A DNA stretch of 55,570 bases, filler included, from Platydemus manokwari (Eukaryota): NCBI GenBank assembly GCA_037951405.1. It is 5 parts of 5 records of this genome, joined end to end, with 100 filler letters (N's around TTAATTAATTAA, not from the genome) between each part and the next. Parts side by side here need not be neighbours in the genome. Positions count along the whole stretch, not along the records: positions 22,103 to 33,414 come from JBBMOY010771091.1; positions 33,515 to 43,160 come from JBBMOY011222655.1; 3 more parts are not named here. One strand, written 5' to 3'. The translations under genes were made by a program, and so were the position numbers. Position 1 is the stretch's first letter. Each line of letters starts with the position of its first letter. Below are positions 23,782 to 37,377 of the stretch, one piece after another. Under the pieces are notes generated by a model that was given only the letters and a program-made list of their open reading frames with translations, had not been told where the DNA came from and ran no database searches.

Positions 23782-26700
23782 TCAATCGATCAATGAGAAA
23801 TTAATCGTGAATTCATCGTCATCGTCGTCATCGTTGTCATGACAATTCCAATTCTCTTCATCAAGTTCTCGGTTGATATTTTCTTTTTCACCAGATTCAT
23901 CAGGCACCTACAACAAATTCGTGAAATTGTTTTCACATAAAAATATAAAAGGAAACATTGTGCCATTGTTCCATTGGGATTGTGTGAATGTATTCATCGC
24001 TATCAGTATCTGATTGAAGCTCTTTCGACGGTTTATCATAGACGAAGTCATTCTGTCAACATTAAAATCGATACAAAATAATCGTTGAAACCTCTAACTT
24101 GAAATTGTTCCAATACTTCTCGAGGAATATTGATTTCAAATGAAGCATCATCGCTCGACGATTGATGTCGATTCGGTGAAACTGTATCAGCTGATTGAAA
24201 GATGATTGGTTCATCTCCGAAAGGTGCTGCACAGGCGGAAAAATTCGCTTTTTTCTTGACGGTTTTTTTTCGCGATATTTTATTAGTTTTTTTGGTATTG
24301 ATAATTTCCGAATTATAAGGATCATTGATTATGAAATCATCGTTATCGTCATTATATAATTCAGAAATGCTAGTATTTATATCTTTATTCTGAAATACAG
24401 AAAATGATTGTAATGATCAAGTACCATCAAAACAAAAGTCGATTTAAAAATCAAAATATAAATCATAAATAATAGTTTTAATTGGAGTTATTATTGATTA
24501 TTTAGTTTGCAGGATAATTCAAGCATCACAGAAATAAATCGATTGCAGTTTGAAGTAAATCTTTGATTTTCAATCAAGGTTCCACGAAACCGAAGAATTC
24601 CATGAGAGTAAAATCAAAGGAATCACGAACCGCTTGTGCTCATCTTGTGCCCCTATTTATACAAAAAAACTGCATCATCTACAGTTTTTCTGCACGATAA
24701 CACGGTTTACAGTTTTCCATTAAAAACATTTTCGGTCTACAGAAATAACTAGCTAAAATAATGCTAGAGAACACATTGTCATTTATGGTTTTGTTAAACA
24801 TGAGGCCTAATACGAGCAGGCATTTTATACGAGATCGCGTCGTTAGATGTACCGGTACTTCAAAAGAAATAAAGTAAAAGCTAAGAATAAGATGAATTAT
24901 ATGGAGTTCTGTGTTTATAAGGGGTTCCATATCCATATATGAGTGTTAATGATAAATTATTATGCTCGTATTTCAATCAGAACTTGTCAAATGTTTCATG
25001 AATTGTCTGTCCTCGATTCTGCTGTATATTTACATTTTAGCTACACACTTTTAAAATAATATTTACAATAATTAATTTTGTCATTATTTTTTATAAATAT
25101 TTATAACTACATAGATGATATTATAAAGGCTACCTTTGAGAGTGACAAAAGCATTTTGGGTTTCTTCTTTAAATGACACACAGAATCATCAAAATCATCC
25201 GCAACACGTTTCACGCTTGGTTTGCGCTAAAGAAAAGAGCAAATTATTGATATAATTATATTATTCGGCTTTAAAGCGAATATTATTAATAAAAGATTAT
25301 AATTATTATTTTAATAATTCGATAATAATAATCATTATTATTATCATTAAGGTAGATATCAACACTGTATCGATCCATCATTTCATTTGTATAGATTTCA
25401 AAGATCCTTTATCGATCTAAAACTCCAATTTATCATTTAAGAGATTTATCAATAATTACGCTGCATGATCTTTATGTTGAATATTTATAAATAATAAAAC
25501 ATATCAATAATAGTTATTATTAAATTATAATTTATTAAAAAAACTTACATCTGTGTGTGGCAGAAACACTTTGGGCTTCTTTGGGATTTGAGATTCAGAT
25601 TCGCTAAAGTCTTCGGCAAAGCGTTTCGCAGGTGCTTTTTTCTGGAAGATAAATTTTGAGAATAAAAACAATTATTAGATTTGTCAAGAAAATCAATAAT
25701 AATAGTTATAATAATTATGATTATTATTTATATTATTATAGGTGGAATAATATAGGTGATTATATTATAATTGATTATTTTATGAGTAGCAAAATCATTT
25801 TTGGTTTCTTCGAGAAATGAGAATAGCTTTCTTAAACAGCGTGCGTGACAAAGGTTTAACTTGTCCATGATGGTGACGGTGTGTTTCCAAACACACACGC
25901 ACACACACAGTAAACTCCATTCAAATACTGTTCTCACCTTATTAATGCTTCTCATAAGCTGATTGTTTTGTTTCGATGTGGAACTATTCGACTCTTGTTT
26001 CTTTATTTGAGACAATAAATAACAAAAAACAATGCCATAAATTTACCAAAAGTTTTGGTTTGGCAGGTGTTGATTTGATGAATTCATTCGATTCGCTAAA
26101 TTTCTGCTTAAGATTCTCTCCGAATTTGTTGAAATTAGGACATTCTTGATTGGTTCTGATGTGACCTACAAAAATTTTCAGCTAATTTGTACCATGGATA
26201 TTATAAAATAAGTCAAATTTCTCTATGGTAACCATGGAGATTTTTAGAAAATTTAATTTTCTCAACATGAACATTTGTAAATAAATGATAAAATTTTGTC
26301 GATTGCCCCTAAATATAACAATAAAAAATCAAACCCTTTCGTCCACAGCTGCTGCAAATTTTATCTGTTGTATCTTGACAGTTAACATCGACAGGTAAAT
26401 TCATCTCAATTCGTTTCTTTTTGTAATTCTCTTGACGTCGAAGTTTATCCTAATAAATCGATATTCCATTGATATATAAAACAACCAATCATTTGTTACT
26501 CTCAACTGTTGTTTTTCTTTTTTGGCCAAATCTCCAATCCCGTACAATTTCTTACCGAATCGACCGCTTTTCGCGTGTTTCAAATAATTCAAAACATAAT
26601 CATTAACCAGATATTTCTCTTTTTTCACCACATCGCCTTTCTTTCTATAAATGATGAATTGAGCCAACGGATTTTCAATCAATTGTTTCACATTTTCCGA

Positions 26701-29700
26701 ACTGAATATCACCGGATTCACCACGGTTTTTTTCGGATTGTGAAAACTTTCCTAATGACAAAACGATTTGAAAATCAAAATGTCTGAAATAAACAGCAAA
26801 TATTTCTCTCATCTACCTTGAGATATTTTTGAAAATCTTCTATCGTTATATCTTTGGTTTCTGCTTTCAATATTTCTTCGCTGCATTCATTTTCGCTTTC
26901 CAGTTCATTTTGATTGGATAATATTATTCGATTAGCTTCAAAAGTGGCTTGACATTGTTGGATATATTTCATTCTCTATCGATGGATTTCAAATAATCAA
27001 TAATTCAATACCAGAATTTGTCATTATTAAATTCAATTATTGATTTTTAACTGAAATAAAAATCGATTCGATACGATCGAAAATTTTAAGAAATCAATTT
27101 CATTTATTCCATATTATCGATTAAATAATTTTATTCTCTATCGCTATATTTTATATAACCAGTAATTCAATATTAGAATTCTAATTATTATTGATTTTTA
27201 ATTGAAGTGAAATCGATTTTATTTAATCAATATTATCGATTATATTAGATTTATCGATTAAATTATTGATTGGAATTTTATTTGAATTTTTGTTGAATAT
27301 ATTTCGATTCCTACCATCAGATTTCAAATAATCAATATCAGAATTTAATTAAATTATTGATTTTTTAATCAAAATAATCGATTTCATTTAATTAATATTA
27401 TCGATTATACCAGAATTATCGATTAAATTATTGATTGAAATTTTATTTGAATTTTTCCTTATCCATTTATTATCGATAAATAACGTTCCTAAATATCTTC
27501 CGAAATAAACCTCGATTTTAATAAAACAAAATCAATTAAAAATCAATAAAAACAAATATAATATCATTCAGTAAATAATAGTTGAGGGATTTGGTGACGA
27601 GAGCCCGGAAAATATGTCGATATTTCTTGACATATATAAAATGGGTGATCGGATCACAATTTACGAGACACTTTATAAATAAATGTTTGACCAATGAGTT
27701 TGACAAAATCTACCATAAACCATAAGCGCATTGCCCGGAAAAATGTAAGACAATAAAAAATTAAACCAATCAATTACGATATTTCTTCGATTCGTTTTCG
27801 TATCTCTCGCATATTTCTCCATATCGGCATTGCCCTGCACACAAATCAAACATCAGCATACAAATATCAACTCCAATCGCACTACTCACCCCCAAATCCG
27901 TTGCTGCATGAGTTGACAAGTGATTCACCAACGCCCATCTAAAACGACACACAAACACACAAATCAATTTCCATCCAATGTTTAACCGTTCGAAATTTTC
28001 ACCTTTTCATTTTTTTCTTTTTGGAAAAATCAGCCAATCGAAATTTCTTCAACAATCGATTCGTTTCATAAACGGTCAATTTTCGTAAATCGGTTTTCTC
28101 ATTGATAATCCGTTTCGGTACCAGCGTTGTCACGTGCATAAAGGAATCCATTTGATGACGTTTCGTTGGTTGCTCGAAATTTTCCAATTTCCAAAATCCT
28201 CGATGGATACCATTGAGATACGATTTCGATATCGACCAAGGAGAAAATGGATTTTTCGGTTGTTTCTTCTAAATTTGTCCGTTTAAAACACGCCCATTCA
28301 TTGGACAACAATATTTTACTTTATCGATTTTGTGGGATTTTTTCAATTTCTTGTCCGGTTGAACATATTCGTACGAATTCAGATAGGAGAAAATTGCAGC
28401 CCAAATCATATATTGTTCGATTTCGACGTTGCCATAGAAACCATCGATTTCTGAAATCGGTGATTTTAATCGCCAAAATTTTTTATCGCTACCTAAATCA
28501 CAATCAAATCGATATGGACTCGAAACAGGAAACAATTCGCTCAATTCTTACTCAGAACGGCAATTTTCTGCAAATCAGATTCAATATTGATGAAATCGAT
28601 GTTGGATAAAATCGATGCCAGCAATTCAACTGGCACAGTTTGATGATCGATAAACAGTTGAAATACAACACGCTGAAATGAAATCAATTAAATGATTGGT
28701 CGATCTTGAAGCCAATTTTGGTCTATCGCGTGAGATGTTATTCAAATGAAAAGTCGATCTTACGTACACAAATGATATAGATCAAAATGTATCGATTAAA
28801 TGACATTGATTAAATTGGATTTATTAAATGACATGGATTAAATTGGATCAATTAAATGGCATGGATCAAAATGGATCGATCAATGATTAAGACAACAATA
28901 ATCAATTATTACCATCATTATTTTTTGGAAAAACATCGATTTCGGATTGTGAATTTTCATCAGAGGCATTTGTTTACCACCGAGAAACAAGCCGTCGAAT
29001 TTTCGAATAGCAAACTGGTCGCCATTGAGAAACAAGAGAAAATCTGTCGATTTCATTTGATGCTCATAAATCGGTACGCGGAAAAAGTCGTTTTCCAACG
29101 CCAACTGAAATGGAACATCATCAGACAGAGATCCGAAAAATGGCGATTTCCGTTTGATTTGTTTCGTAACTCCCAGATTGCTTGCAAAATTTTGCGGATT
29201 GTTGGAATACGCAACAAGTTCAGAAGTCAGCATTGATTGCATTCGAAACGGGGAATGCTGTTCCGATGTTTCATAGAAGAATATTCGATCTTTGCCAGCA
29301 GTGATCGTGAACGATTGATCGAAATCAAATGACGGAATATTTGTCGCTTCACCATTGGAAACCGTGTGGAATGTTGAGGGAAGATGGGCAATCTGTTTAC
29401 TAATGGCATCATCTTCACTGAATACAATTGGAAAGAATCGACGATCCATGTCGAGAAAATATCGATTTTGATTGACACTGACTGGATAATAATCCAAAAC
29501 CGTTCTTCTTGATGACGATTTGCCAATCTTAAGCGGAAAATTCTCAAATCCACACTGTAACGGACGATACCGAGCAAAAATTTCCCGAGCTAACTGAGGC
29601 ACACAGTACGATATTGTTGATTTAATATTCTTTTCATCATAAAACACATCATTTTCCCACCGTATCTGCTGCCATTGTTCAGGTCCATTCGACAAATCGA

Positions 29701-30050
29701 TGTCTGTTTTTCAACTCAATCATTCAGACAAATGAGTAAGGAAAATATTACTCTTATTCGATTCATCATTTTCTTCTTTTTCTTCATTCACTGAACAAAC
29801 AATATTATCATCCCAATCCTATGTATTGTTAAATCAAGGAAATCATTAATGATAAATTAAACACCATTCGTTGTTTTAATAACTTTTCGTATTCCCATGT
29901 TTCGAATTGTGGTCGATTTTTTGTTTGATCTATGATTTTCATAATTCATTAATTAATATTCAGAAACTAACTTTCAACATATTCTTGAATAGAAAGCTGA
30001 CATGGAATTGTTAGACAATTAGTTTTGTCTATTAAATTTCTATTTTGCAT
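23782..30050 (-). CDS. TAF1: Divergent TAF1-like protein (TFIID subunit 1): central domain plus zinc knuckle, no bromodomains
   Basis: Manually spliced GT-AG exons give TAF1 motifs in the expected order: DWDDNIV, RWENDVFYD, SPFFGSL...ALENDFFRVPIYEHQMKSTDFLL, SPWSISKSYL, DLRKLTVYETNRLLKKF, RWALVNHLS, MEKYARD, KYIQQCQATFEANRIILS, FIIYRK, KKEKQQLRDKLRRQ and the knuckle ICSSCGRKGHIRTNQECP (split by intron 26166-26334). Low-complexity exons follow, to a stop at 23782-23784. The ATG at 30050 is tentative. Confidence 0.85.
26990..27460. repeat. Degenerate tandem repeat (~3 copies, unit roughly 150-170 bp) in a TAF1-like intron
   Basis: Recurring block AATTATTGATTTTTAA...AAATCGATT...ATATTATCGATTA, followed in two copies by GAATTTT/GAAATTTTATTTGAATTTTT. 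Confidence 0.7.
28792..28882. repeat. ~28-bp tandem repeat x3 in a TAF1-like intron
   Basis: Repeated ATTAAATGACATGGATTAAATTGGAT-like unit. Confidence 0.7.
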
Positions 30051-33000
30051 TAAGTACTCTAAAATGATTTACAAAATAAAATTGAAGAATGATTATTTCC
30101 AGTTCAATTTCAAATAAGTGTTCAGATATTTAAATTCAACACAATTTTTCTATTAAATTTCTAAGCAAATATCAATAACATTGAATTAAATTTTTCAAAA
30201 ATTAAAATAATTATTCAATTTATGAGATATATTATATAAACAATATTTTAATTTTCAAGATTAGAAAATTAATTTAATTAGAAATTGATATTATAATAGC
30301 AAACTAAAAATGAAATGTTTGGATTATTAAGTCTGTTTGGGAAAAATTATGGTTAAAATTAAATTCAAAATAGTAAAAAATATATTATTCATGCTAAGAT
30401 ATTCACAATGGTAATATATTATTATTTTATAAAATTAATTAATTCTATGAATAATCACTGAAGAAAATAGTTATTTATACAACATTATACTTTTACAATC
30501 AATAGAATAAATATGATGGCAAATTTTGTGTTAATTTTGTTATTTATTTTATCCCCAAAACATGAAAGTGACGTAAATCTAATCTTTTTATTCGAAATTG
30601 TGAAATATTTATGCTAGATATCACAAATGAGAATAATAATAATAATAATAATAATAATTATTATTATTATTATCATTATTATTACATAAAGCAAAAAAAA
30701 ATTTTATAAGAAAAATTTTCAAGCCTAAGCCCCGAGTGGAATTTATTTATAGACTAAAACACAATACACGAATAAAGAAAATTAATAATGCATAGTAATT
30801 TCTATAGCAAAGACATAAAGCCAATGAATAAAAATCAAAGAGGCACATAAATACCACAGATAAATAATTGAAGAAAAATCAATAACAGATAAATCAAACA
30901 AAGTATATGCACTCTACTGTAGTAGGAGATCAAAATAAATACAAAGAGAGTAAGTGGAATGTAGAATACATAAATAGAAAAGGAATTTTTACTTGCTTCC
31001 ACAATCACATAATGCAAATATCTTTCATTCAATTCAAAGCGAAAGATAAAATGAACCAGATGAAGCAAAAAGTGAGCTTATAAAATGTTTATAAATGTAC
31101 CAAAAAGTTAAATATTGAATGGAGACTGTATGTAGCAGCTGAAGGCGGAGATATTTGACATAGAGAAACGATTTGACATTTATGTACATTTGATAATTTG
31201 TCGTATGACAAACATTTTAATGTTTTTTATCTCATTAAGATGCATATATTAATTTTTTATTGTTTTAGAATTTCTTGTTTATAAATTCTTTTCTGTTGGT
31301 TCTAACTTTTAAGTCTCCCAGGACTTTGATAATAAGTATGAGGTCTATAGTATATATAAACTGAATATCTGAAGATCCTTTTTATAATAATTTAAACCAG
31401 TTTTTAACTCAAATGAATATAACAGAGATTTTTCTCTTTTTTTTTTTACTAAAATGAGTTATTAAGTAATGACAAGTGATATATTGATCGAGATTAATAA
31501 TCAATATGATTGATAAATGCAAATTAGAACCAAACATGCTTCAAACAAATTTCTAGAGAGCTTTGTTTTGCTAATCTTAATCAGGCACACAGACATATAA
31601 ATTACTTAATATTCAATTTTTAATAATTTAATAATTTTTTTAATAATTGATTAAAATTTTTTTTAAATCTTGAAATTATCACTGAATTATCAAAACTATT
31701 TGTTTAAATTTTTTTATTAAATAATTATTTAATTATTATTGAATTTGTTCGTTTTAATTTTCCTCACAATATTCATATTTAACGATTTTAAGTCTTACGC
31801 CGCTCAGGTGTTTCTGCAGAAACTCCTTAGCAACATGATTATTTCAAACCTTCGAAAAATTCGATCAATGTGCAATTGATTTATCCAAATTTTATACGCT
31901 GCTGTGAATTGTAATGTATTCGCGTGCAATGACTGATTCGAATGAATGTTTATTCTTAATTGTACTTCCTCGTGATTAAATATCACCAATTAATTTGCTG
32001 AGTGATTGCTATTGTACTATTTTCGCTGTAGTTTTAGTGTGACAGTTTTTTGTAGGTAGCCGACCGACACTCAGACCAACTACTCATACCTCTCTCAACA
32101 CGCGGGCTGCAAGGATTGTCGTTTTTGTTAATCACTTAATTATCCAAATATTTTAATTTTTCTAGTATTATATAATTTTAATATTTTTATTAATTATCTT
32201 TATTAATTAATTCTATATTTTATATTTATTTATATTTATAATAAATTATGTAAGAAATAAATAACTTTATTGAAAATAAGTCAAAGTAAGAATTAATATG
32301 TTAATATCACGATTAGTAAAATGAAAAAGTAAAGTTAGTAAAGTTATTTAATGAATATAAAACTAGGTAAATAAAATAGTAGAACCAGAATAAAATAAAT
32401 CGTTTGTATTTAAAAGTAGTCGCATTATTCAGAGCAGTACAATAGTTACAACTATACATATATTTTGAAAGAGAGACAAGTCTAAGGCAAAGTACTTATG
32501 TACAACACTCAAAAGGTTCTGTAATGATCACTTAATGATCACACATGCCAATAACCAATCAGGTGCCTCCAAAATATCAATCTAAATAGAATTCGATAAC
32601 CAATTGGCGCACGTCAACACGAGGCAACAAAAAATAGGATAAGCCAAGAAATCGAAAAAGTTAAGCCAACAGATAAAGGAACACAGAAAGTCTATAAAAT
32701 TAGTTAGATCTGGGAAGTATTTTTTGGTCGGTAATTATTGCTTATCTTACTTTTTTGTGTGATTATTATAATGACCAATCTTTAATATTTGTAGTTTTTG
32801 TTTCTATTTTATCTTTCAGGTCGACTTCCTTGAATATGATTTAGAGTATGAATATTGACAAATTTATTTTAAAGTGCAACTTTGATTATAATTACATTTT
32901 CGAATATTCAGTGTTAACGAATATTGTTTAGTAAAGATGAAATCACATAAAAGAAAAATAACTTTATGCTTTGGGACCATGAAGGCACAGCACCCAGCCA

Positions 33001-33414
33001 ATTAGTGAGAACTTAAATGGAAGATAGATACACATAGTTTCTTGTTATTACTTATCTTATAATTTAATGATTTATCCAAAACTGAACTCATTTGTTGAAT
33101 ACTATTATTTTACTGGTCTTTATGGTTTGATTTAATTCTTAATTCTTATTAATCTTTTTGAAATTTTTATTGTGAAGTGTCTAGATGAAAATTACTGTAA
33201 TATCGTATGAGAATTTATTACCATAATCACCGAAGTATAATGCTCCCATTTTCGTATCAAATTTCAACATTAAAAATGTGGGGAGTATTATACTTGAGTA
33301 TGTAAGAAAGCTCAAATTATGTAATTGTTATTTAATTAGATAAGTATGTTTATTAACAATTTTTAAACGACAATCATTCTGATCCCCCAACAAGCATGAC
33401 TGACACGCCAGAAT

Positions 33415-33514
33415 NNNNNNNNNNNNNNNNNNNNNNNNNNNNNNNNNNNNNNNNNNNNTTAATTAATTAANNNNNNNNNNNNNNNNNNNNNNNNNNNNNN
33501 NNNNNNNNNNNNNN
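33415..33514. other. Artificial linker N44-TTAATTAATTAA-N44
   Basis: Same as 12577-12676. Confidence 0.95.
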
Positions 33515-33526
33515 AATTCCCGGGTA

Positions 33527-33590
33527 CAAAGTACCGGATTTCAACGACTATATAAGCAGAGGGATTTCCATCACAATTCACTCTTAAAAA
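33527..33590 (+). repeat. Dispersed repeat, copy 2 (possibly LTR-derived)
   Basis: CAAAGTACCGGATTTCAACGACTATATAAGCAGAGGGATTTCCATCACAATTCACTCTTAAAAA matches 3557-3620. Confidence 0.6.
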
Positions 33591-35858
33591 TTTCGACGAT
33601 TTAAGCTGTAGAAAACAGATAATCAAAGAATTCAAATTTTTAGAAAGTAAAGGTTAAATATATTATTTGAACTACTCTCTGAAGGATCTACCTTTGGGGA
33701 TAACTAAATAAATCTTATCTAAAAAATCTATATTTTTAAAATTTGTAAGGAAAATAGCGGTTCTCACGGTCTCTGTGAGATTACCACAGGAAATTTGTTT
33801 TTTCAATAAAATCTCGTTTGAGCTAAACTGTGTGATTAATTGTTTGTACTTTGTAGTTTAAATAAAATTTGATATAAATTCTTTTGTGTTGATATAGTTG
33901 TTGATATAAATAAATAAATAAAATAAAGGGACTCACGCTGTTGAGTTGTGTTCTAACAACCGACAAATTAACAATCAACCACGACCCAACAATTAGTAAC
34001 GAGACAAGCATAGGAATCTCCGTCACAAGCCAACCGATTTAAGCAGCGAGGTACAAAGTGACTTATTGATTGATTTTCGTACCGTGTCAACAGATTTTGT
34101 ATCAACTAAATATCTCATCGTTTTTCTTCCATCTTTTTAATAGTTTTATTTTATTGTACGGTTCGCCCGTATCGTGAATCTTGCCCTCTGGTTAAGCAAG
34201 CCACACTTCGCCAGTTCTTTGTTTACATAAGCTTAATAATTCAATTGTTATTTAATTTGTAGATTGTTTTGAATCATAATTATATTTTAATATCACTGCG
34301 TTATTGTTATTTATTATATTATTACTATTTATATTTAACTTCATCTACTTCTAACGAACGCAGCCAATCATTTGGAATCTGGTAGGCACCACAAACGAGC
34401 ACATTAATAATGATTAAACCAACAACCAACACAAAAAACCAATAATACCTTAAAATCCAATAATACTCTAAAAAACAAATCAATTTTGTTAGTTTTTCAG
34501 AGTGTGGAGCCAACAAATGGTTATCCCTACTACTAACAATGAGTAATAATTTTGCTATTTAATTTCAAGACAATTTCATCAAAGGAGATTATCATGTATT
34601 GATAACTCGTCAAAATTTTTATTGAACACTATTTCTTTCTTAAACTGAACTTTTTTTGAAGCTCATTTGTCTGCCAGAACAGTTATTTATGTACTACACA
34701 TTAATCATTTTTAATTATTGTGTTTTTTATAATAATCAGATATAATTTAGTGCCTATTTTTTATTTACATGCGACATTTTTAATTGTTTTTCTGATCTTC
34801 CTCATCTTTTTAAAACTGTGAGAACATCCTGTTCAGGACTCACTGACATCGTCTATAAAATTCATTTTACTCTTTGCCTAGGTTAACGGTTGTTGAGCTG
34901 TTCTTCATCCGCTCATCAGAAGTATATCAATTATGTAACTATTATGATTTTTAAGAATTTAGTAATTGTCAGTAAATATAAAAATAAAGATAATTAGACG
35001 GCTTCGTGCCATGTTCTTAATTGGTTAAAATAAATAATTTTATAATAAGTGACTGTTATCTTAACTGTGTAAATAATATCAAAATCTAGAGAAAAATATT
35101 GAATAGAGATTTGTGAATTTTCTTAATAAATTGAGACTTATCATAGAGTGACAAGTTAATAAATATAGATGGATTAAAATAGCAGTAATTGGAATATTAT
35201 TTTTGTTTATAGCTTCCTATTATAAAACAAATTTTGTTCTAACTCATGTTAGACAAAACATAAACCAACCTACGCTGTCCATTAGATTAATAGATACCAG
35301 AACCAAACAATTATTAACATTAATGTTCAACCGAGTAGTTAATGCATTTAATCAATTTATGTGACAAGTGATTTTCATTGCTAGTGGTGTGTGCAATTTA
35401 CTAAATACATTAACTTAAACTTATTAAAGATATTAAAGGTTATAAATATATAAACCAACGTAACATTTCAAATTATTATAAACAATATTTTTAATTTGAA
35501 AATTGAGATAATTATTGCTGATCAGCTTTTAGTACTGTGTTAAAATTATTTAAGTGATTTGGAAAATATAATTTATAACTAAATCATATGTATTTGTTAA
35601 CTTAAGGATCATTAATTAATAATGGTAATTTCAAATGTAATTTGAAAACATATTTGTTGATTTTATGAATATAAAAATGTCATTTTGAATAATTATAAAA
35701 TTCACATAAATATTATAATGTTTTTATAGAACCCAATATATTTTATGAAAAAACATTCTTATTTTCTTACTTGTTTTACTATATTAAATAACTGTTTGAT
35801 AATATTCTATAGTTAAATTTAAAATAATTAATTTTTATTTTTCTAAGTTAGAAGAAAA

Positions 35859-37258
35859 ATGAAAAAAGAAGAAATTATACAGCGCTTAGAAATAATTAAG
35901 ACAATTAAGTAACTTTATTTAGCAATGTTGTTAAATTTTTTATTTTTACACAGAAAAAAGGCGAATACATTAAATGATTGTCTTGGTAATCTTCAAGATT
36001 CTGTAAATTATGTGGAAAAAGAATCATGTTTTATTAACGAGTATAATTGTGAATTACAGCAATTAAACATTGAAAGAGAGTATCACGTCGAACAACTCCG
36101 ACTTATTCATAATGATATAAATATAGTAATAATGAATTTGATCATAATATTTATGTCATTTTAGTTAGAAACCACAATTAAAAATGCAACCATTGATACT
36201 ATAAAAGCGCGAACCAGAGTTATTGATCTAAATGCTAAATACGTAGAATATTTGATGGAAATAAATCATTTACGTAAATTATTAGAACTTGAACCGCAAA
36301 AGGACAATAGATCCGAAAAAATCAATGAATGGTACGTATGATATCCAATTATAGTCAATTTTTATATTTAAATAATAGTGTGTTAAGTATGGAGGAATCT
36401 TACCGACCTACATTGGATGATTCTGGTAATATCTATGGTGATAAATCTGGCAGTGACGCAGGCATCATTGATATAGAAAAACACAATAGTTCTTTACCTA
36501 TTAACAATTATAATGAAAATCCATATATTACCAATAATTTGCTTAAGTCTACTGGGCCGAGTTCATCATTACAAAACATATTTAATGACATTAATGAGTT
36601 GTATATGCTTCACCATTATATGAATCCCGATTCTAATGTGATGAGACAGAATTCAGTCTTTTCCCGACCAGATGTTCCTGGATTAGTGCCTGTAAATAAT
36701 TATGATCACAATTCTCTTATAAATCTTGGCAGTAATGAGAATTTGACACAAACAGTTCCAACGGAATCTCAAAATAATAAAGGTTGGCTAATCATAATTT
36801 ATTATGCGTCATGATATCAAGGACAATAAACATGAAATTTAAATTATCATCTTTATAATATTAAATATTGAATAATAATAATAATAGATTATTGCTTCTG
36901 TTTAACCATATAATCATTATATATAAATGTTAAATGGAATATATTATTGATTATTAAATAATTATAAATATGTTTTGTATTCAAATCAGATAAAGGAGAA
37001 ACATTGAAAAGTGATCAATCGAATTTCATAATGCATAATCCAAGTATGCCTGCTACATTGGCTGGAGTTCTCGGTACAGAAAGTTTACATCAACAGCCTC
37101 CACCAATGAAAAAATGTCAAAGTTGTCAACAACAAATTCATAGAAATGCTCCTATTTGTCCACTGTGCAAAGCCAAATCGCGTTCCATTAATCCAAAGAA
37201 ACCCAAGAAAAAACCAATCTCACCTACCGAAGATAAGGACGAAAATTTCTTATTGTAA
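35859..37258 (+). CDS. ZC4H2: Zinc finger C4H2-type protein
   Basis: Five exons (35859-35908, 35954-36125, 36165-36331, 36379-36782, 36990-37258). Coiled coil ...[20 protein letters not shown] and the diagnostic C-terminus [41 protein letters not shown]. Confidence 0.93.
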
Positions 37259-37377
37259 TTCTCAGAAATACTTGGATTTTTGTTTTAATCGTGTAGTTGT
37301 ATAGATATTTGTTAGCTTGAATTATTATTATTGTTTTGAAATAAATTATTTTGAAAACTTTATTAACAATATTATCA

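Noticed and set aside
27770-27967. ORF ending ...ENESKKYRN* as the TAF1-like C-terminus
   Set aside because: A GT-AG intron inside it shifts the frame to GNADMEKYARD, and TAF1 motifs continue in downstream exons (from ~26975 down to 26047).
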